Part shown: positions 26,331 to 39,833 of the stretch, piece by piece
Layout: every line of letters begins with the position of its first letter
Numbering within the stretch: the first letter of the stretch is position 1
DNA from: the human T2T-CHM13v2.0 reference genome, Homo sapiens
Reading direction: 5' to 3' (one strand)
DNA: 64,000 nucleotides
Assembly (NCBI RefSeq): GCF_009914755.1
Contig: NC_060931.1
Program-made: the position numbers and the translations under genes
Notes under the pieces: model-generated
Seen by the model: only the letters and a program-made list of their open reading frames with translations
Told to the model about the DNA's origin: nothing
Database searches by the model: none

Positions 26331-27277
26331 GGGTCTGTGAACATTTAATTTATAATTTCAGAGAGGGAGAAATTAATATGTAGAATAAAGAAATAGAAAA
26401 ATGGTAACCTTGAAAAAATTAAAAAATAGAAATGTAGAATTCTGATCTGTTCTTTTAATGCATTGAGGTACTCATTTTTATCAGTTCTCAACTATTTTCT
26501 CTAGCTTTGTATTTTGAATGAAGCAGCAAGTCACAAAGTTAAACATAAAACTAATGAAGTTGTAGAATGTAAAAATAATCTATCATTACGTTAGGAAAAG
26601 TAGTTACGAAAACCACATTATTTACCCATTATACTACTCTATACTTTTTCCATTCTCTTATTTTTAAAAACTTCTCTTTTTATTATCTGTTCTCTATTTT
26701 GCTTCTCTGTTTTGTTTTTTTAAGAATACAATAGCTTGGGAATAATTTTTTTAAATACTAATGGAAAATAAACTTTAGGATAAATAAGGGAAAAAATAAA
26801 AATCTTTCAGTTTTCCTCTCGGATTTTTTTCTCACGTATTCTCATATACTTTTCTGTTCTTTTGGATCACTTTAGTGATTCTCTTCCTTCTTACAGCATG
26901 TATTCATCTGAATGCCTTCATACATGCGTGCATGTAAGATACCAGTATTTGTGTCAGGGGTTGTCTTATCTCATCTTTTTCCTCAGAGATAAGAAAATGT
27001 GTCTAAGTCGTGTGTCTACATGCTATTGCATAGATAATAAAATAATTTTTTATCAGTTTACTTTCAATTTTTAAAATTTTTTTTATTTTCTTTTTTATTC
27101 ATTTTAAATTGTAGGGTTATTTTTTTGTTTAATCCTAAAGATAGTTTTAAGTACCTATAAACTTGAACCACAAATGTAATCAGAAAATAATACTTTAATC
27201 CTAGTTAATCCACGCTATTGACCGTCTGTGCCTACAAGCCGAAACAATAGCAGAATGTCTTGTGTATAACCTCTCTC

Positions 27278-27575
27278 TTTTTTTTTTTTTTTTTTTTGAG
27301 ACGGAGTCTCTTTCTGTCACCCAGGTTGGAGTGCAGTGGCGTGATCTTGACTCACTGCAACCTCTGAGTTCAAGCGATTCTCCTGCCTCAGCCTCCCAAA
27401 TAGCTGGGACTACAGATGCACGCCACCACACCCAGCTAATATTTTTTGTATTTTTTATACAGACAGGGTTTTGCCATGTTGGCCAGGCTGGTCTTGAACG
27501 CCTGACTTCAGGTAATCTGCCTCCCTCAGCCTCCCAAAGCACTGGGATTACAGGCATGAGGCATCGTGCCCAACC
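27278..27575 (-). mobile_element. AluS
   Basis: Dimeric Alu; TSD approximately gtgtataa(c/t)ct. Confidence 0.95.
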
Positions 27576-28629
27576 TAGTGTATAATCTGTTATGTGGACC
27601 TACATACTCACTGGCAAAGTCTGATCTAGAGATTAACTGTCTTCTTTTGAGATGGTGGTTTTGCTGATTTTTAGGAAGAGACTATCTAGGGTCTCATTCA
27701 ATCCTTGTAAGAGACAGGCTGGTTGCACCCATCTTGTCTAAGTTTGTAAAATGAAACTAGGTCAGATCAATTACAGATAGTTGTAACTTCCTCAGAATAG
27801 TCTGTAAGCCAGGGCTGTTGGTTATTAAAATACATTTTTTCTCTTATCAAAATCAAAGGAATTAATTATTTCTCATGACTGTAGAATTGGAATATGACAA
27901 CTTGAGAATCCTATCTTTTGTAGAATAGAATAGAAGTTGTTTGTTTTTTTTTTTCTAAAAGAGAAATTCAGATGCTGCACGGTTTGTGTCTTTGGGTGTT
28001 TGCTGAGCTACGAGGCTGGGAAGTGAGAATCAGAATGGACAATCAGGACACTGTATTCAGATTTCACTTATAAAATGGGTTTGGAAATGAGGATGAAGGG
28101 CACTAGCCAAAATAATCTCAAAGGCTGCTTCCAGGTCTTAACTACCAAGATTTGTAGCTTAAAAACGAACTATTGGGAATTATAGAGGTAAACTGATGTG
28201 CTTTCATTAGAGAGGCGTAAAACTGGTTCTAAGTCCTTAAAAGAAAGTAGAAACAAAGCACCAAAGCCAGAAACAATTACACCAGCAGAATACTTAAAAA
28301 CTAACAACAAAAAACTGTTTTCATAGGCACCCTGTTATACGCGGTAATGCAGTTTGTTTTGTACAATGTTATAAAATGATCAGTATACTGTACTTCTGGT
28401 TAAGCAAAATAAGACCAAAGACTGACACGGTATGCTGTCTACTCTAATTCAGTACATTCACCAAAAGGAGATGAAATTAAAGATGAAGAAGAAATTAAAG
28501 AATTAAGGAAGAAATTAAAGATGATAAATGGATCCAGTTTGCCTATGGCAAACTGATAGTATGCCATTCTGAAGGTGGATATTGCTTATGAAGAAAATTT
28601 TGAGTGAATTGTTTCCTTTTATAATTGTA

Positions 28630-28800
28630 TTAGAAGAAGTGTGGATCTTGACTGTAGACAGACTTTAGTTTAAATATGGCTCTGCTATTTAGGAGTTTTG
28701 TGACACTGGGAACTTTTTAAACTCTCTTTTGTTATTTGCTTCACTTATTAAATCAGCAAAATCATTCCTACTTAATAAAGTTATTGGAAAGAGCTTATTA
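28630..28800 (+). mobile_element. MIR
   Basis: agacagactttagtttaaatatggctctgctatttaggagttttgtgacactggg. Confidence 0.55.
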
Positions 28801-28853
28801 TAAGGAGTTTGTCCCCTTTCATGAAATTTTCAAGGAAATTGTGATTTCCATGA

Positions 28854-29186
<333 letters not shown>

Positions 29187-29300
29187 TACTTAAAATCTTT
29201 TGAGGAAAAGTGCTATATCAGAAAATAAACAAGACCAACCCAGTTACATATTACCATATCATCTGAATATGTTTTACATTAGCTTCTGCCCTTCCTTCTT

Positions 29301-29507
29301 TTTTTTTTTTTTTTTTTTTGAGACGGAGTCTTGCTGTGTCGCCCAGGCTGGAGTGCAGTGGCGCGATCTCGGCTCACTGCAGGCTCCGCCCCCTGGGGTT
29401 CACGCCATTCTCCTGCCTCAGCCTCCCGAGTAGCTGGGACTACAGGCGCCCGCCACCTCGCCCGGCTAATTTTTTGTATTTTTAGTAGAGACGGGGTTTC
29501 ACCGTGT
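29301..29507 (-). mobile_element. 5'-truncated young AluY (Ye-like)
   Basis: CpG-rich; TSD ccttccttctt (29290-29300, 29508-29518). Confidence 0.93.
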
Positions 29508-29789
29508 CCTTCCTTCTTAGAAAGGTTCCCTAATTGTCTGAACTGTGTTGGAGATTTCGTGGCATGTGTAGTATTTGTGGAGAACTTTTCCTGTATGGTC
29601 ATTTCCAAGTGTCTAAGGAATCTGGTATCAGTCCTTCAGATTTTAGCGGGTTAAGAGAAAAAGACACCAATAAATCAAGTAGGCATAGAATTTTGTATAA
29701 GAAGTGAATCTGGGTATGGTAAAAAGTTGTGATAGAATGAAAACTTTCTGAACAGTGGTTTGGGAGAAATGCAGTAAGACTTTTAAGAA

Positions 29790-30420
29790 GTCAATCATTC
29801 ATTTACTCATTGAATATTTCTTCAATATTGATTGTGTGTTCAGTGGAAAGAGGTGACATGGAATGGGGAAGAATGTTCAAGACACACAGAGTAGCACACC
29901 TGAACGGAAGCAGATTTGAGGATCTGAAAGTTGTTTTATGATTGGAGTGTAGAGTTGGAACCGAAGGGATGAAAAGGGATGAGAGAGTTAGTCAGGGGAC
30001 CGATCATCCTGGACTTACAAGCCATGAAAAGGAATTTGACCTTTATCCTAAGCACAATAGGGGCCATAAAATAATTGTGGGATGGGGCAAAGGCCAGGTC
30101 TGTGTTAAGAAAGAGTAGGAGAATGGATTGAAGGAAGGAGAACAAGTAGAGGAAGGGAGATTGATTGCGTGGCCGCTTGTGGAAATCACAGAAATCATGG
30201 TAGCCTAAACTTGAGTAGAGTCAGTGGCTTTAGAAAGCTGAACGTGGAGGCCAGCATACAAAAGAGCCAGCTAGCTGATTGACATGATGTGGGGAGTGAG
30301 GGAGGAAGAGGAAGCAGGGCAATTGGTGATGCTTTTTCTTCCTTGACACAAAGAGTACCTAGGAGGAGAAGGTGAAAGGGGTAAAGGATTAGTTCCATTT
30401 TAGTTGGTGGGTTAAAGGAA
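29790..30420 (-). mobile_element. L2
   Basis: tcattcatttactcattgaatatt...gccatgaaaaggaatttgacctttatcctaag...gctgattgacatgatgtgggg. Confidence 0.7.
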
Positions 30421-30511
30421 CTTGTGAGATGTATCTATCAATATATTTATCTGTGTACCTATCTGTATATCATATTCATGTATTCTAATCATCCTAACTA
30501 CTCCTCTCATT

Positions 30512-31020
30512 TATTTTTTATTTTGAAATAATTTCAAACTTAAAAGGTCACAAAAACAGTACAAAGTGCTTTTTGTTTTTTTGGAATCTTTTGAGAGTAA
30601 ATTGACAATATGATGTCTCATTACTTTCCAATACCTGAGTGTGCATTTCATAAAAGCAAGGGCATCTCCTACATTTACGTTTTGTCCCAGTGATGTCCTT
30701 TACAGCAAAAGGATCCAGTCTAGAATCACATGTTGCATTTACTCGGGATGTCTCTTTAATTTCCCTCCATCTTGAATGGTTCCTCAGTGTTTCCATGACC
30801 TTCAATATCTAGACATTTTTGAAAATCACAAGCTAATTATTTTGTAAAATATCCCTCAATTTGAGTTTGTCTGACATGTTTTGCAATTAGATGCAGGTTA
30901 TGATTCAGGAATTTTTGCTAGGAATATCACAATAATTATGTGTTCTTTTCATTGCAGTCTATCAGGTGGTGCACAGCTCCTGTTCGTTACATTACTGAAA
31001 ATGTCAACCATCATCATTTA
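30512..31020 (-). mobile_element. L1MC4/5-like 3' fragment
   Basis: ttattttgaaataatttcaaactt...aggatccagtctagaatcacatgttgcattta. Confidence 0.75.
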
Positions 31021-32569
31021 CTAATTTTGCTATGAGATGGGGAGGTAGATGCGTAGTGTACAGATCAGCTGATGGTTTACAGAAGAGTAAACATTCAGAA
31101 TTCCCTCCCACCCCCCGTAAGCCTTGTTCAGAGAAATATTTTTTACATAATAACTGTAGTCTTTACTGTTATTATAATTTGGATTATTGCCCACTGAATT
31201 TATTATCAGTTTAGTGCAGAAGAGAAATACTTTGCTCTTGCCTTAGATTGAAAGGCTCTCCCTGTTGCCACTGTGCTCTGGTTTCCAGATGCCTTGCTCT
31301 CACTGGGATTGATGTGCTTTCTCACAGAGTGAAGAGAGAACCTGACAGCCATAGGAGGAGGAAGGTTTGCCTCACTTTAAGTCCGGATGTGGTTAAAGCA
31401 TGGGAGTGGGAGAAGAGAAGGGATTTGACTGAGACAAGTTGATTTGAGTGAAGCCGCTACTCTTAGACAACTTTGCGTAAAACAGCTGGTTAGTTAATAT
31501 GTTTCTCTTTTATTCCATGCTAGTCCTCCAAGCCTTAAAACAACTTATTAGAGATTAGAATTTTTAAAATCTGTTTTGCAATAAGGCACGTGTCCAGTTG
31601 AATTCTAATTTCACTAAACCTGCCCCCTAGAAAACTGCTGAACTTATTTGAAAACACTGAGTCATGATGATATAAATATATGATGGGGATTTAATGAAGT
31701 AGGTCTAATTTCAAGAATATCTAATTTATGAAACCAAGCAGTAGTGTGGAATTTGTTGGTAATTAGAAATACAGGTTTAAAGTATATAAACCATATATGA
31801 TTTTCATAACTTTAAAGGAGTAAATGTTTTTACTCTTTAACCAGTCTTGATATTAGTGATTCCTTCTTTACAAACTGAAATGACTCCAGATTTTTTGAAA
31901 CAGTACTGTTGTTTTTAGAGGAATTAAAAAATATATTGCAAGTTTGCTGCCATGTGTTTCTAGTATAGTACTGCTTTGAAAATATAGGTGTTTAAAATTA
32001 ATCAAATACATATTAGCAACCTTTAAAATACAGCATTGAATACAATATGATAAATAAAATTACTTTATCAAAACTCCTTTGGAGTCTCAGCCAACTTTTA
32101 TATTTCATGTTATTTACCTCAAACTCCATTGTAACTATGCAGAACCCAGTAAAATCTCTTTTCTTTCTCCTTTCTCCCATATTGTCTTGTCTACAGAATA
32201 CCAGAGACCTATCAGTTTTCCTAATGCAGCTTCAAAGGCACTATTGACTCCTTGCCCTGTTTCTTCTACCCTTGCAAACTTCTGGGAAGTATTTCCAAGT
32301 ATCTTATAGCTGAGCTACCCTGTCCTTATTGTAGAAATCCCATCCAAATTTCACATTAGGGTTATGATTGTAGATCTCTCCTTAAGCCTTTTGTTCAGCT
32401 TCTGCCTTTCACCCAGGTCAAAGTGCTATTAATAAGCTTATTTCCTATTACCAAAGTGTATCATCTTAAATTTCCTTCACCTAACCTATAGCTTCATCAG
32501 AAACTTAAATTTTTCTGAGACTATTGCCACCCTCTCTTGATCATACCATGTTTGCCGCAATGCACCAGT

Positions 32570-32900
32570 CGGGAAACAGCCGTTTAGTCAGAGCCTACTT
32601 GGTGCCAGTCACTTTACCAGATGCTGAGAATACTGTGGCAAATAAAGACATTATTGTCCTCATGGAACTGATAGTCTGGTGGGAACAACAACTATTAAAC
32701 AAGGTAGTGCGTGTAATTAAGTGATTGCGTATGTGTGAAGTGGTTTGGAGAAGAAGGAGAACGTATGACTTGTAAAGCAGACATGCGTTTTATTGGGGTA
32801 GTCTTGAGGTAGTTGTGTTGAAGCTGAAGCATGAAGATTGAGTACATATTGTTAGCTGGTTGAAATCTGGGTTGGGGAATATTTTAGGCTAAGAGTGGTC
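32570..32900 (-). mobile_element. L2 3' fragment
   Basis: gagcctacttggtgccagtcact...gtcctcatggaactgatagtctggtggga. Confidence 0.65.
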
Positions 32901-34009
32901 CCTTCTCTATCATCACATTTTACTCTGTAATCAAGCAGGTTCTCATACTATTTATTCTCATACTATTTAGCCGTGCCACTTGCTCACTGTCACCCAGTGC
33001 TTCTTCTTTCTTAATGAGCTCTTGCTTTTATACCTTTCTATATTTCTGATTTTATAGTATCATCCTATTTTGGAATTCCTGAGGTCAGAGTTTTCAAGCT
33101 GTTAGATTAGGATCTACCAGTAGCAGGCTCTCAGTGTCTGATTTGTCCACTGCTTCCTACCTGGTGACTCTCCTTTTCCTTCTCTCAACTCCTCAGATTT
33201 TCTGTGATTTCTGCAGGAAGCAAAGCCAGCAGTCAGGTAAAGGGGTTGGGGAGTTGGTGGGGGTGGGGACTTAGAATATTTGTTGATATCAAACCTCTCC
33301 CCACCAAACACTTGAATTTCATTTTCAGCAACCTCTTCTTCCCATTCTAGTGACATCAAGACTTAAGAAGATTGAAAAATGTCCCATCTTCAGAGGAAAT
33401 CTAGGTATTTTGCTCTAGATCATTAAAGGTTACACATATTCGCCCTGAAATTCTCCATAATCTGTAACTGTGCTTCATCTGTTGCCTAATACTTTATATT
33501 TTAAATTTCTTCATTTACTTAAAAATTTCTATTTTTGTAACTAGCAGTTTACATTTTTTTAGAGTCAAGCATATTGATATGCAGTATCACTAACATTGTC
33601 AGTACTGGTGATATACATACAAGCAAACTTGCAGATATACATCAACAAAAACAACATTATTGTACTAGTACAAAGTGGTCAAAGTGTGTTCCTCTGACAC
33701 TGGTTATTATTTTTTTGCTGCAAGGCATAGTAGCTGGGCAGGTGGTCAAACTATTTCTTGTAGCCAGGTAGTAAGGCTTTTTATTGAGCCGTAACCAATT
33801 CTATGGCTGAGAGAAAAAAAACACATTTCCCTCGCATGACTTTCCTTTTCCCTTTAAATACCTATTTATTAAAATAACAATGTGAATATGGAGTAGAGAC
33901 TTATTATAACATCTGTATGAAAACAATTGTTAGAACAAAACTAAAATTGAAAAAGTACCAATTTATTGTTTTAAATAGAGAAAAACATCTTATTTCTTTA
34001 ATTTTTTAA

Positions 34010-34500
34010 TTACTAGTAATAAAACCAATGTAATATTTGCCATCTTAAACTATTTTTGAGTATATAGTTTATTTGTGGTAAGTACATTCTCATTGTTGTA
34101 CAACAGATCTCTAGAACTAAAACTGAAACTCTGTACTCGTTAAACAAAATACCCCTTCTCCCCCCCCCACAGACCCTGGAAACCACCATTCTGTTTTCTG
34201 TCTGTATGAATGTGACTACTTTAGGTATGTCATATAAGTAGCATCATACAGTATTTGTCTTGTGACTGGCTTATTTTACTTAGCAATGTCTTCAAGTTTC
34301 ATCCATGTTGTAGCATGTATCAATTTCCCCTTAAAGCTAAATAATATTCTACTGTATGTTTATACTACATTTTTTTAATTCATTCATCTGTCAGTGAAGA
34401 CTAGGGTTGCTTCCACCATTGGCTATCGTGCATGGTGCTACTGTGAACGTGGGTGTATGTTCAGATATTTCTTTGAGACTCTGCTTTCGGTTCCTTTGGG
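34010..34500 (-). mobile_element. L1MA9/MB-type 3' end
   Basis: catcttaaactattttt...caacagatctctagaact...gtttcatccatgttgtagcatgt. Confidence 0.85.
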
Positions 34501-34654
34501 AACATTTACTTAGTGAGCCCCAATCTTCTTACAGAGTTATTTATTTTTTACGTATTAGAATGTGGGCGGAATTGATGAAGGGAAGGAGGCGATAGTGACT
34601 GTAAAAAGTAGGCAGATAATAGTCTGTCCATTGTTTAAGGCTCTCTGTCTGCTT

Positions 34655-34817
34655 CAGTGTTTCTCAAAGTGTTGTCCATGTACCACTTGCATTAGAATAT
34701 CTGGGATATTTTGATTCTTAGGCCTTTCACCAGACTTTTCAAGTCAGACTCTCTTGTGAGACTCAGGAATTTGCACCCCAGGGGATTCTTGTGTACACCG
34801 GAATGTGAGATGCATTG
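34655..34817. mobile_element. MER5-type hAT-Charlie DNA transposon
   Basis: cagtgtttctcaaagtgttgtcc...ggggattcttgtgtacac...tgagatgcattg. Confidence 0.65.
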
Positions 34818-35422
34818 CCCTACTGGTAACTAGACATCCCAGGATTTATCTGTGTTTATGCGGATGAAAACTCTGTTCCCTGCTACTAATAGCACCTTGC
34901 TTTTGGGGGGCACATCCATCCCATGCCAGCCTATGATTTTCACTTTATTCTGTCTGCGTATTGTAGCCCAACTAAAAGTCTCATAAATGTAGTAAAGGAG
35001 GGCAGCCCTGAGTTCATAACCCTAAACTTGGATTCAGGCCCATTCAGGCCCTTCTTCTCAGGCTCCTAATGGTGATTCACTATTGCTGTGTCTGCTTCTG
35101 ATCAGTGGGCCAGTGAACAGGTTAGAACTTCCTCCCTCTGGCCTTGTAGTGTTTAGGCTTACCTGAGTTCTTAAAGGGACCAAATCTCTTTCCTGATACG
35201 AACACTTTAAGTATGGCATAGCAAATTGTGATCCTAATTAAGGCAGTAATTTCTCACGTTCATCTTGTATAGCTGAATGACATGTGTGACATCTTTAATA
35301 AAACCAACCAGCTTCTGCATTCTGAAACTGAACTCTGTCTTCATCTAGTTATCACATTGTGCTATCTCTAACATGTGTTCTTGGCTTCTGATTATTACAT
35401 GATCTGTGATTTGCAAGTGACT

Positions 35423-35727
35423 GTTTTTCATTTTTTGTTTTTTTGATACAGAATCTTGCTTGCTCTGCTGTCCAGGCTGGGGTGCAATGGTGCGATCTTG
35501 GCTCACTGCAACCTCCGCCTCCCGGGCTCAAGCACTCCTCCTGTCTCAGCCCCCAAGTAGCTGGGACCAGAGGCCCACACCACCACACCTCTAATTTTTG
35601 TATTTTTAGTAGACATGGGGTTTCACCATGTTGGCCAGGCTGGTCTCGAACTCCCCACCTCAGGTGATGCACCCGCCTCAGCCTCCCAAAGTGCTGGGAT
35701 TACAGGCAAGAGTCACTGTGCCCAGCT
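35423..35727 (-). mobile_element. Alu (old S or J)
   Basis: Dimeric Alu. Confidence 0.93.
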
Positions 35728-37232
35728 GGAGCATATTTTATTTTCTATTTACATATTTAGGCTTTAAGCTGTACACACCAAAAATATTTTTTTATGGCAG
35801 TCCTGTTTGTTCTCAGCAGAGCCTGTAGAGCCTGTTGTCAGTGGAATGCTGAGAACAGCCCTTTGTAGAGCTTTCTATTGGCAGTATTTTGGGATTCAGG
35901 CTGAGGAATGGTTGACCCAACTTATACTTCCAGCAGTATGTAAATTTACTCTGACATGGGAAAGATATTAACAGCAGCAACAACACAAAATCTTTCAAGA
36001 TGCAGATTTGTACAGCATAATACAGTATTGTACAAATGTACATATACAAAATTAATTTGGCCTTTTCAGTTTCTAGTCTTCCAGCCTGGAAGTAAGAATT
36101 GTTTTTAACAAAGTGTTAAACGGCTAAATTGATGTTTTGGGGTTCCGTCAAGATCTTCCAGAAAAATTATTACCCCATAGCTACAAAGTAACAAGACTGA
36201 GAACTAAGGACATCAGTGAAGCCCAAGACAAGTTAATTAAGAGCAGACCGGTAGGACTGACCGGTGGATATGACCTCATTTAGATTTGTTGGTGTTCTTA
36301 CTTTCCAGATTAAGCATGCTTAACTATTCAGTGTGGCCCAATGCTTTTAAAGTAGTAAGCATGTTTTTGAGCTGTATGATTCGAACAGCAATCACATTTA
36401 AAATCTAACATGGTGCCTAAAAGTTGTATAGAAATATGTATGAAAATTCACACTAATATATTTTAACGTAGACTACCTGTTCTGGTGAACTCTTAGTTTG
36501 AAACTTTCTTTATATCTTAGCAATCGTTTGTAATTCTTTTTATTAGCTCTTAGTGAGTGTGTATGCAGCATTTTCTTTCTTACTGTCCTTCTCCCACCTA
36601 CAGTCAAATCAACAGATGTTTATTGAGCATTCACTTTGCATGTGCCAGTTCTTTCCTTTGCCAATTTCGGGTGTTAATAATTTTGGTATGCTAATTTATT
36701 ACATGCTCTGTGCCATTTTAATTTGCTTTTCTTTAATTCACAGTCAGCTTGTACCCTTTCCTATATTTGTTTGCTAACTGCATTCCTTCCTCTATGGCTT
36801 AGCTGTTCCTGTTCTTGGCTCATTTTCCTTTGAGGTTATAACAGTTGTCAACAGAATCCTGACCAGGCTCCTGGGCAAGCCATGTCTTAACCAATTAGTA
36901 CTTTTGTTTTCTCTCTATTCCTCTTTTCTTCATTATGGTGGAAAACAGACAGGGATTAAATGGACAGAATTAGAAAAAGTAGGAGGGGAAACTAAACTGA
37001 ATTGGAAGAGATTTAAATGTAATGTGTTTAAAACTGAATTGGTTAACTTAACTCAAGCTTTGATAAGTAATGGGAAGCACCATGATATTATGGAATAATT
37101 TGTCATTGTCAACAGACTTGGGTTTTAGTACCAGGTCTGCCTCTGTTACATGAATGCAATAAAGCCTACCTCACAATGCTGCCAGAGCATTTAATAAGAT
37201 TACATGTACGGGCCTTCCCCTCCCATCCTCTC

Positions 37233-37603
37233 TGTCTTAGTTTGTTTGGACTGCTATAACAAAATACCATAAACCGCGTGGCTTACAAACAACAGAAATT
37301 TATTTCTCGCAGTTCTGGAAGTTGAGAAGTCCAAGATCAAGATGCTGGCAGGTTTGGAGTCTGGTGAGGGCGCACTTTTTGGTTCGTAGAAGGCATCTTC
37401 TTGCTTCATTTTCACATGGCAGAAGGGGACAGCCCAGCTCTCTTCAACCCCTTCTAAGGGCACTAATCACTCGTGAGGGCTCCATCCTCATGACCTCATG
37501 ACCTCCCAAAGGCTCCACCTCTTACTACCAACACACTGGGGATTAGGTTTCAATATACGAATTTTGCAGGGATCGGGGAGGACACACACTTTCAGTCCAT
37601 AGA
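37233..37603 (-). mobile_element. MLT1A-type MaLR solo LTR
   Basis: tgtcttagtttgtttggactgctataacaaaataccat...cagaaatttatttctc...ttcagtccatag. Confidence 0.9.
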
Positions 37604-37699
37604 TTCTCTGATGCTGAACGAGCGTGTCGCTAATTGCTACATGCAAAGACAGAATAGCAGTCGAAACCAAGACCTTACCCCGGCTTCCCATCCTTCTCT

Positions 37700-37890
37700 G
37701 CAATTAGTGTCTAATATGTTTTCCCATTTAATCTTTATAACAGCCTTAGTATGTATCATTATTCCCATTTTTCAGATGAGGAAATTGAGGCACTGAGAAG
37801 TAACTTGTACAAGGTCATAGATTTGGTAGAGGATTTGGGTAGAGTTCTGTCAGATTTCAAATCCATTCTCTTTCCACAGTGCCAGGCTGC
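37700..37890 (-). mobile_element. MIR
   Basis: cccatttttcagatgaggaaattgaggcactgagaagtaacttgtacaaggtca. Confidence 0.85.
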
Positions 37891-38978
37891 CTAGAATAAT
37901 GAGTGTGACTGAAGAATGAAAAGGAGTTAATGGTGTGGCCATTCCCCTGTTCTTTCCACTACTTCACTTGGTGAATGACTAATAGGCAAACACTCCCAGA
38001 GGGTATTTGCATTTTAAAAGCGAGCTCATTAACCCTAATGAATCTCTAATTGGTGGAATTTGTGGGGGAGATATTTTTAAGTACTGGGGCTTTCTCCTGT
38101 GTCTTCAAGGTGCCTGGCTATCTTTTTCTTCTTTATAGATTATCAACTATTCTGGAATCAGAATCGTGTAGCAGAATGCAGTCACATACTGCTAGTCTGC
38201 CCCAAATGCATTAACAGGGAGTCATGAATTAAAAGGCAGCCATGAAAAAACATTGAAAGGAAAAAAGTGTGGGTTAGCATTGTCTAAAATGAATGTCCAA
38301 AAGCAAATAAATTTGGCCATATAGAGAGTCTTCCGAAGAGTCAGATGAAAAGAATATATTTTATAACCAAATTTAACTTTAGAAATGTTATATCAGCATT
38401 TCCCATGGTGTGTTAATGAAGCTCTGCAAGATGTTTAATAGGTGTCAGATGAATAAAATGGCTCCACAGTCAAATACACTTCGAAAAAAAATTTTTTTTT
38501 AAGTTTCATCACTGCAGAATTTCTTAGATGCTAAAGTGCATTAGGAAATCAACTGGAAGAGAACTTGCATTCTGAAGGTTTTTCTCATATTTTTGACCAT
38601 AGAAATATTTTTTTCCATGTGAACCCCTTGGAACCAGTGTTTCATAGATTGCATTCTCAGATACAGAGTTCTAGATAAATCATCTTTAATTAAAGAAAAG
38701 AAAAAGAAAAACAGTTTTCCGTATTCACAGCCCTTTGCATGCAGACAGGCTCCAACCCAGTCCACAACAGCCCATTTCCAGTCTTGTTGGGCTCAAGGGC
38801 ATGCCAATAATAACAGCCCTCTTCCCCAGATGAGATCTGGCCAATTGAGGGGAGGAAAAAGGAACAGATGGAGACCAAACTCTCATCTTTATTGCCTATA
38901 AAGCTGGTGTTGAAGAATGTGGCTTATAACAGGGAGCAAAAGGGCGTCCTAATCGGAATCCCAGAATTAGGTTGAGTG

Positions 38979-39833
38979 TGTAAACCAAAAGTAAGATCCT
39001 AAACCCCCACAACAGACTGAACGGACCCCCTCTGGGCCTCAAAAACTGAATTCCCCATTATGACAGGAGAGATCTTGGTATACCCCCTCCCTTTTGGAGT
39101 TTAGGAGCAACTGACTAGCATTAATGTTAAAAGAGAGATTATAAGACTGACAAAACAGACTCTTTGTAGCAGTAAGATACCAAATTGCAACCTGACACTG
39201 GTATAGGACCTCATGACAGATAGCAGACCCTGAAGGAAATAAAAATATTTTACCCTAGAATATATTTCCTTGACATACGTTGAAATGGCCCTGCAAAGCT
39301 GTCTTTTGTGGGGGAGATTACATCCGTAGAGAATCTCCTTCCCTTTCTAGATCTTTCCCAGATCTAGGAGAGATGAAATGAAAGGCTGACACCTTTAAGG
39401 TCTGAAGAGAGACGCTTAGGATATTCTCTATAGGGCTGTTACCTGAAGGCGTCATCTACTTAACAAGAACCTTGGCTTCCACAATGCCCTTTTTCTTAAC
39501 TCAAGCATTTACTTCTAGTCTTTAGACAAAGCTGAACTCCTTCAACCAACTGCCAATCAGAAAATCTTTGAATCCAACTATGACTTGTAAGAACCCCTAC
39601 TTTGAGATATCCCAACTTTTTAGGCTGAACCAATATATACCTTACATGTATTGACTTATGTCTTTGCCTGTAATTTCTTTCTCTCTAAAATATATAAAAC
39701 CAAACTGTAACCTGACCGTCTCAGGCACACTTTCTCAGGACCTCCTGAGACTGTTTCCTGGGTCATGGACACACACATTGGATCCGAATAAACCTCTCCA
39801 AATATTTTACAGAGCTTGGCTTTTTTGTCAGCT
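38979..39833 (+). mobile_element. ERV1 solo LTR of the MER4 family (MER4D-like)
   Basis: TGTAAACCAAAA...gactgaacggacccc...aagactgacaaaacagactctttg...AATAAACCTCT...cttttttgtca. Confidence 0.85.
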
